Source: an uncultured Gammaproteobacteria bacterium | GTDB lineage: Bacteria; Patescibacteriota; Microgenomatia; Levybacterales; GWA1-39-11 | NCBI GenBank assembly: GCA_964472415.1 | Contig: CAYYLC010000002.1 | Span: 164,783-228,782, forward strand | DNA length: 64,000 nt | Direction: 5' to 3' | The notes under the pieces: generated by a model | Told to the model about the DNA's origin: nothing | The model's database searches: none | Seen by the model: only the letters and a program-made list of their open reading frames with translations | Made by a program: the position numbers and the translations under genes | Shown: positions 59,013 to 64,000 of the stretch, in pieces | Layout: each line of letters begins with the position of its first letter | Position numbering within the stretch: position 1 is the stretch's first letter

Positions 59013-59762
59013 TTAAGGTGTAGGCTGTGTGACGGTAGTGTTGTGAATATAGTCATAAATTTTCCGTGCACTGAACGCAGCACTATGTGAGCTGGTAGGG
59101 ATTTCGAGCTGATAGATTTTTTCACCATTTGGATAGGTGAAGTCAGAAGTATAGATATCTTTCATATGCAATTCAGGATAGATAGTGCTAAATGTCCTAT
59201 CCTCTCCGTGCTCTTTATTTTGAATTATGGACAGTGCTCGTGTGGTGTCGATGATAGGGTTGTTTGTGTGGAGCTTTTCGTACTCACGAGCATATCGGAT
59301 TTTATCATCTGCAACGAGAAGAATTGGATGAATATTGCAAGGGAGCGGGAGTTGTAATTTTTCTGCAGCAAGGGTAATTTTCATTGTTAGAAAGCCGAGA
59401 AGTTTTCCTTCAGGGATAAGAATTTTTCCTGCATTTTCCTGATTAATAATCATTTTTGCATTCTCTAAATCCAATTTCTGATCCACTCCTATTTGTCGTT
59501 GATAATGACCTCGTTCTTGTTTGCCTGTGGTTTCTCGTTGGTGCTGTCTGATAGTATCTCCCGCAGAGGAGAGCGCTACATCATATCCGTCTCGAATTGA
59601 GAGCCAATCTTGAAGAATGCCCTGGATAGTGCTTTTTCCCGTCGAGGACCTTCCGACAAGAGGGTAGACGTCAAATGAGTGTGGTTCGTATTCCTTTGCG
59701 CTTAGCGTTTCTTGCACTATGCGCTCAAATGGATCACGAATATCGTGTAGTCGCTCATGCAT
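59013..59762 (-). CDS. Divergent nucleoside-monophosphate-kinase-like (Cmk-like) P-loop protein
   Basis: GRSSTGKST, SAGDTIR, DQKLD, EGKLLGF, RYARE; start at MHERL with TATAAT 9 nt upstream. Confidence 0.7.
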   Translation of the reverse strand: MHERLHDIRDPFERIVQETLSAKEYEPHSFDVYPLVGRSSTGKSTIQGILQDWLSIRDGYDVALSSAGDTIRQHQRETTGKQERGHYQRQIGVDQKLDLENAKMIINQENAGKILIPEGKLLGFLTMKITLAAEKLQLPLPCNIHPILLVADDKIRYAREYEKLHTNNPIIDTTRALSIIQNKEHGEDRTFSTIYPELHMKDIYTSDFTYPNGEKIYQLEIPTSSHSAAFSARKIYDYIHNTTVTQPTP

Positions 59763-59898
59763 AATAATAGTATTATAGGATTTATGCTTTATAAAATCAA
59801 TCAGTGATTCTGCCATTAGTTTGGTGATTAAAAGATTTATATAAGCCTATTGAACTATTTTCTTGCAATAATTTTCTGAGTCTGTTTAAATCATCAGT

Positions 59899-61287
59899 GT
59901 GAAAGAATTAGTTATCGATCTTCATTTACATTCACGTTTTTCACGCGCTGTTTCGCAAAAAATGAACCTCGCAAATATGTTTTTATGGGGCAGGATGAAG
60001 GGATTAGGGTTATTATCAGTGAGTGATTTCACGCATCCGATTTGGCTGCGTGAAGCAAAGGCGCAGCTGAAAGAGGTAAATAGCGGAATTTATACATTGA
60101 AAAACGAAAAAGAGCTTCTCACGCAACTTCCCAAAGCTACACAAAAGGAGGATTTATCTACATACTTTATGCTTTCAACAGAAGTTTCTAGTATTTATTC
60201 TGAGGGCGGGAAGGTGCGGAGGATCCACAACCTTATTTTTGCTCCTTCATTTGAAGTAGTAGATAAAATCAATGCAGCATTTCTTGCTCGAGGATTTAAT
60301 TTAAGCTCTGATGGTCGGCCAATTTTAGGAATCTCTGCACAAAACCTTATAGAAATGCTCCTTTCTATAGACAACAAGATAGTGCTCATTCCGTGTCATA
60401 TATGGACGCCGTGGTTTTCGATGTATGGGAGCAAGTCGGGATATGATCGGATTGAGGATTGTTTTGGGAAGTATGCAAGCAGAATATTTGCGATAGAAAC
60501 TGGTCTATCTTCAGATCCTTCTATGAATTGGCGGATAAATGAGCTGAAGAATCGGTCTGTAGTAAGTTTCTCAGACGCGCATTCTATGCAGAAAATGGGT
60601 CGTGAAGCAACCGTATTGACATCAGTTAGTGGGAAGGATATTCTTGAATCAAATATAACGTATGACAATATTATGAATGGACTTATTCAAGGACGAGAGA
60701 AGGTGTTTAAGATAGATTATACGATAGAATTTTATCCCGAAGAGGGTAAATATCACTATACTGGGCATAGAAACTGTAATGTTGTGCAGACTCCTCAAGA
60801 GACAAAGAAAAATGGTAGACAGTGTCCCGTATGTGGCAAAGATCTGACAGTTGGAGTGATGCATAGAATAGACGATCTTGCAAATACTCCGGAAGAAAAT
60901 TATGTAGGAAAGAAAAATGGGCATGGAGTTATCTGGATGTATGATAAAGACAAAAAACGCCCAGGATATGTAAACTTAGTACCACTTCTTGAAATATTAG
61001 CAGAAAGCCTTGGGGTTGGAGTGGGAACACAAACTGTTAATAATATGTTTCAGAGGCTTCTTACAGAGCTTGGAACAGAGCACGAGATTTTACTGCGTAC
61101 GAAACTCTCAGATATTGAGAGAGTTGGGGGAGCACGAGTTCGAGAAGGAGTTGAGAGAGTAAGGAGTAGGAATATTCATATCGTTCCTGGATATGATAAC
61201 ACCTATGGAATCGTGGAGATTTGGGATAAAGATGCTCGCCAAGGTACGCAGAAAAAAAATACCACACAGAGCACTCTAGATTTTTAA
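59899..61287 (+). CDS. Endonuclease Q family (PHP domain + Zn finger)
   Basis: DLHLHSRFS, DFTHP, PCHIWTPWFS, ETGLSSD, SDAHS, GKYHYTGHRNC, CPVCG, PGYD..YG. Confidence 0.88.
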   Translation: MKELVIDLHLHSRFSRAVSQKMNLANMFLWGRMKGLGLLSVSDFTHPIWLREAKAQLKEVNSGIYTLKNEKELLTQLPKATQKEDLSTYFMLSTEVSSIYSEGGKVRRIHNLIFAPSFEVVDKINAAFLARGFNLSSDGRPILGISAQNLIEMLLSIDNKIVLIPCHIWTPWFSMYGSKSGYDRIEDCFGKYASRIFAIETGLSSDPSMNWRINELKNRSVVSFSDAHSMQKMGREATVLTSVSGKDILESNITYDNIMNGLIQGREKVFKIDYTIEFYPEEGKYHYTGHRNCNVVQTPQETKKNGRQCPVCGKDLTVGVMHRIDDLANTPEENYVGKKNGHGVIWMYDKDKKRPGYVNLVPLLEILAESLGVGVGTQTVNNMFQRLLTELGTEHEILLRTKLSDIERVGGARVREGVERVRSRNIHIVPGYDNTYGIVEIWDKDARQGTQKKNTTQSTLDF

Positions 61288-61313
61288 TACGTTTTTTTTC
61301 GTATAATAAAGGA

Positions 61314-62024
61314 ATGACAAAGAAGTCGTGTACATGTATTATTCCTTTTTATAACGAAACATTCCAGCAGTTAAAGAGTATTATTGCAACCATTTCTTTA
61401 GTAGAAAATATAGAAAAGATAATTTGCGTTGATGATGGTTCTCAGAATGAAACTGTCTGGCTCGATTTGAGAAATGAGTATAAAGAAATTACGGTAATCA
61501 GATTGAGTGAAAATTCAGGAAAATCAGCGGCAATTCGTGCAGGATTACAGCACGTTCATACACCATATGTATTATTATTTGATTCTGATTTGCAGAATGT
61601 TAAAAAAATAGAGCTCGAATCTGCACTGTGCTATATATTAGAAAATCCGTTGATTGACATGTTGATCTTAAGGAGAATTTCTGACCCTTGGTTCGCAAAA
61701 ATTATAAGAGGAGAAATTTTAACATCGGGCGAGAGGATCTTAAAAACTCATGATCTTGTGCGAGTATATACAGAGAATAAGCCTGCAAAATATCAATTAG
61801 AATATGCAATCAATTTTTATTGTATGAAATACGGTAAGAAAGCGTATTGGTATCCTTGCTCTGGTCAGAACATTGTTAAAATCCGTAAGATCGGTTTTGT
61901 GCGAGGAGTAAAAAATGAAATTATGATGTATGTTGATATGTTGCGATACGCTGGGGTTGTAATGCCCTTAAAAAGTTTACTATTATTTTGTAGAGAAGAT
62001 ATACGTTCTGCAAGGACTATCTGA
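61314..62024 (+). CDS. GT2 glycosyltransferase
   Basis: IIPFYNE, VDDGS, NSGKSAA, FDSD. Confidence 0.88.
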   Translation: MTKKSCTCIIPFYNETFQQLKSIIATISLVENIEKIICVDDGSQNETVWLDLRNEYKEITVIRLSENSGKSAAIRAGLQHVHTPYVLLFDSDLQNVKKIELESALCYILENPLIDMLILRRISDPWFAKIIRGEILTSGERILKTHDLVRVYTENKPAKYQLEYAINFYCMKYGKKAYWYPCSGQNIVKIRKIGFVRGVKNEIMMYVDMLRYAGVVMPLKSLLLFCREDIRSARTI

Positions 62025-62739
62025 GGTTGTTCATTTTGAAGTTTTTGCTTTTCAGAATCGCAACTTTAATAAATGGTTTTACATAGTCGAGAAGTCCATT
62101 AGTCATACCGTCCTTGAACCTTCTACTCGAGGAGAGTACGGGGAGGTTTCTTACAAGTTTTATTTTCCCAAGTTTTCTTACTCTCCGGGCAAGGTCTACA
62201 TCATCGAGCGCATCTAAGTTTTTATCAATTTTTCCTGCTGCTATATAGGTTTCTTTCCGTATAGCGTAGGAAAATCCTGAAAGCCAATAATGTCCGAGTG
62301 CGATCCTGTGGCCTTCATTTGCAAGTAATAAGAAGAACTTAAAGATAGCTTTATCAATACGAGAGGGTTGATCGATATTGCAAAGAGAAGTGACTGCTAC
62401 AATTTCTTCGTTTTTGAAATAGTTCATGAATCGTTCTATCCAGTCTTCAGGAAGAATAGTATCAGCATCAGTTGAGAAAATTATCTTTCCATTTGCTTCT
62501 TCAAAACCGCGCCAACGTGCGACCCCTCTTCCTTGTTCCTTTTCGATAATTACTCTCAAATTGAGCTTGTCCTTGAAGGATTTTGCAATCTGATTTGTTT
62601 TATCAGTGGATTTGTTATCAATTACGACTACTTCAAATTTCGTATTCGTTTTTTGCCAGGCGAGAGACTCAAGACAAAGACCGATATAGTCCTCTTCATT
62701 GTATGCGGGAATAACAACTGATGCTTCGAGTTTGCCCAT
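62017..62739 (-). CDS. GT2 glycosyltransferase
   Basis: VVIPAYNEE, DNKSTDKT, TDAD, DDVDL, SSRR. Confidence 0.9.
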   Translation of the reverse strand: MGKLEASVVIPAYNEEDYIGLCLESLAWQKTNTKFEVVVIDNKSTDKTNQIAKSFKDKLNLRVIIEKEQGRGVARWRGFEEANGKIIFSTDADTILPEDWIERFMNYFKNEEIVAVTSLCNIDQPSRIDKAIFKFFLLLANEGHRIALGHYWLSGFSYAIRKETYIAAGKIDKNLDALDDVDLARRVRKLGKIKLVRNLPVLSSSRRFKDGMTNGLLDYVKPFIKVAILKSKNFKMNNLR

Positions 62740-62767
62740 AGGTATCTAATAAATTATAGTATAGTGG

Positions 62768-63904
62768 TTACTTTTTATCCACCTTCGGATTTATGGAATA
62801 AAAAAGGTCTAGCGCATTTTTGAACGCTTGATCCATGTTGAAGTATTTATAGTTGGCAAGCCTTCCTACGAAATATACACCATTTTTTTCAAGAGCTTGT
62901 GCATCTTGTTGGTATTTTGAGAATATCTCACTATTTTTAGGGTTTGGAACAGGATAATAGGGTTCATTGATTTCTGGCTTATAATCTACTGAGAATTCTT
63001 TGGAAATAGTAGTTTTCGGATGTTTTTGGCCTGTAAAGTATTTATACTCGACAATCCGTGTAAAGTCTTCCTCGTTTGGGTAATTTATTACGGAATTTTG
63101 TTGGAAATATTCTTTGTCATGTGTTTCAAATTGGAATTTAAGCGACCTATATTCAAGATGAGCCTCTTTTGCATACTTATAATCAAAATACTTATCAATT
63201 GGACCCGTATAGAAAAGCTTATTCCATTCTAAAGTGTCTTTTACCGTAAAAAAATCAGTATTCAACCTTATCGTGATATTTGGATGAGAAAGCATTTTTT
63301 CAAAGAGTTTTGTATACCCGTTGATTGGTTGGCCTTGATGGATATCTGAAAAATATCTGTCATCAAAATTATTTCTTACTGGGATTCTATTGAGAACTTC
63401 AGCATCAAGTTCTTCTGGATATTTATCCCATTGCTTTTTTGTATAGTTCTTAAATATTTTCTCATAAAGTCTTTCACCTACTCGAGAGAGTGCCGCTTCG
63501 CGACCGTTTTTCGGGTTGCCATTTTTTATTTGATTTTTTTCTAGCCATTCATCCATTTCGCTTTCATTTTTTATATGCTCTCCTAAGAGCATGTTTACTG
63601 TTGTGATATTTACGGGGATGGGAACGAGTTTTCCGTCAATATTACCCAAGACTTTGTGTTCATACTTTGTAAAATCAGAGAATTTTTGAATGTATTCCCA
63701 CACATTATCGTAATTCGTGTGGAAGAGGTGGGCGCCGTATTTGCTCACTAAAATTCCATCTTCATTATGATAGTCATAGCAATTTCCTCCTACGTGATCT
63801 CTTTTTTCAATAATTAAGACTGTTTTATTGAGTTTATTTGCATACCTCTCAGCTATGGTCGCTCCCGAGATTCCTGCACCAACGATGACAATGTCGTATT
63901 TCAT
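62768..63904 (-). CDS. glf: UDP-galactopyranose mutase
   Basis: GAGISG, HVGGNCYD, YGAHLFHT, YTKKQW, PYYP, GRLANYKYFNMD. Confidence 0.96.
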   Translation of the reverse strand: MKYDIVIVGAGISGATIAERYANKLNKTVLIIEKRDHVGGNCYDYHNEDGILVSKYGAHLFHTNYDNVWEYIQKFSDFTKYEHKVLGNIDGKLVPIPVNITTVNMLLGEHIKNESEMDEWLEKNQIKNGNPKNGREAALSRVGERLYEKIFKNYTKKQWDKYPEELDAEVLNRIPVRNNFDDRYFSDIHQGQPINGYTKLFEKMLSHPNITIRLNTDFFTVKDTLEWNKLFYTGPIDKYFDYKYAKEAHLEYRSLKFQFETHDKEYFQQNSVINYPNEEDFTRIVEYKYFTGQKHPKTTISKEFSVDYKPEINEPYYPVPNPKNSEIFSKYQQDAQALEKNGVYFVGRLANYKYFNMDQAFKNALDLFYSINPKVDKK

Positions 63905-64000
63905 ATAACAAAGAATTCTATCAAATCAAAAAGCTATTTCCTATTTCTTCTGCGAAAGAAAAATATATAAACGGAAAAGATGATGCAGGCTGAAAGTAGA

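Noticed and set aside
59009-59128. Apparent 116-nt overlap between the GNAT fusion and kinase ORFs
   Set aside because: An artefact of longest-ORF calling; the ATG at 59008 gives a 4-nt gap.
365-63232. Numerous 60-170 aa ORFs overlapping well-supported genes (e.g. 2641-3042, 10125-10574, 14371-14799, 41797-42315, 50629-51174)
   Set aside because: They are antisense or off-frame shadows of confidently assigned genes, with no independent evidence.
1-64000. CRISPR array, IS/transposase, reverse transcriptase/DGR, rRNA, introns
   Set aside because: No regularly spaced repeats or characteristic motifs seen; intergenic gaps are too short.

Overview
Gene-dense, AT-rich bacterial chromosomal segment in standard code 11. 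Gene content suggests Patescibacteria/CPR, Microgenomates-like (inference): DUF4012, DUF2207 and DUF5654 proteins, an orphan VirD4/TraD-like ATPase, archaeal-type UMP kinase, ATP-dependent DNA ligase, short ValRS and a stand-alone 5'-3' exonuclease. It carries mostly housekeeping genes (rpoD-dnaG, rpiB/rpe/pfkB, gap, rpmH-rnpA-yidC-jag, two class A PBPs, valS, rplY, xer, murI-murD, trpS, ftsH, recF, lig, tmk-dut-thyA-folA, glf) and six tRNAs. I saw no rRNA, CRISPR array, transposase or prophage. Strongest novelty: a transcriptional T-box riboswitch at 32789-33029 with an ultrashort, actinobacterial-ileS-like Stem I. It has a Trp specifier and a G73-matching antiterminator bulge, and its first gene is a Trp-free 79-aa orphan followed by a Trp-free TrpRS. 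Second candidate system: a three-gene operon (NMP-kinase-like + GNAT-Maf/Ham1 fusion + DUF488) between the thymidylate operon and EndoQ. Also notable: a non-canonical initiator tRNA in a mostly leaderless region, a GapB-like GAPDH, two orphan zincin-type peptidases, and phased repeats over the Fic-HTH promoter. All calls come from reading motifs by eye; no database searches were run.
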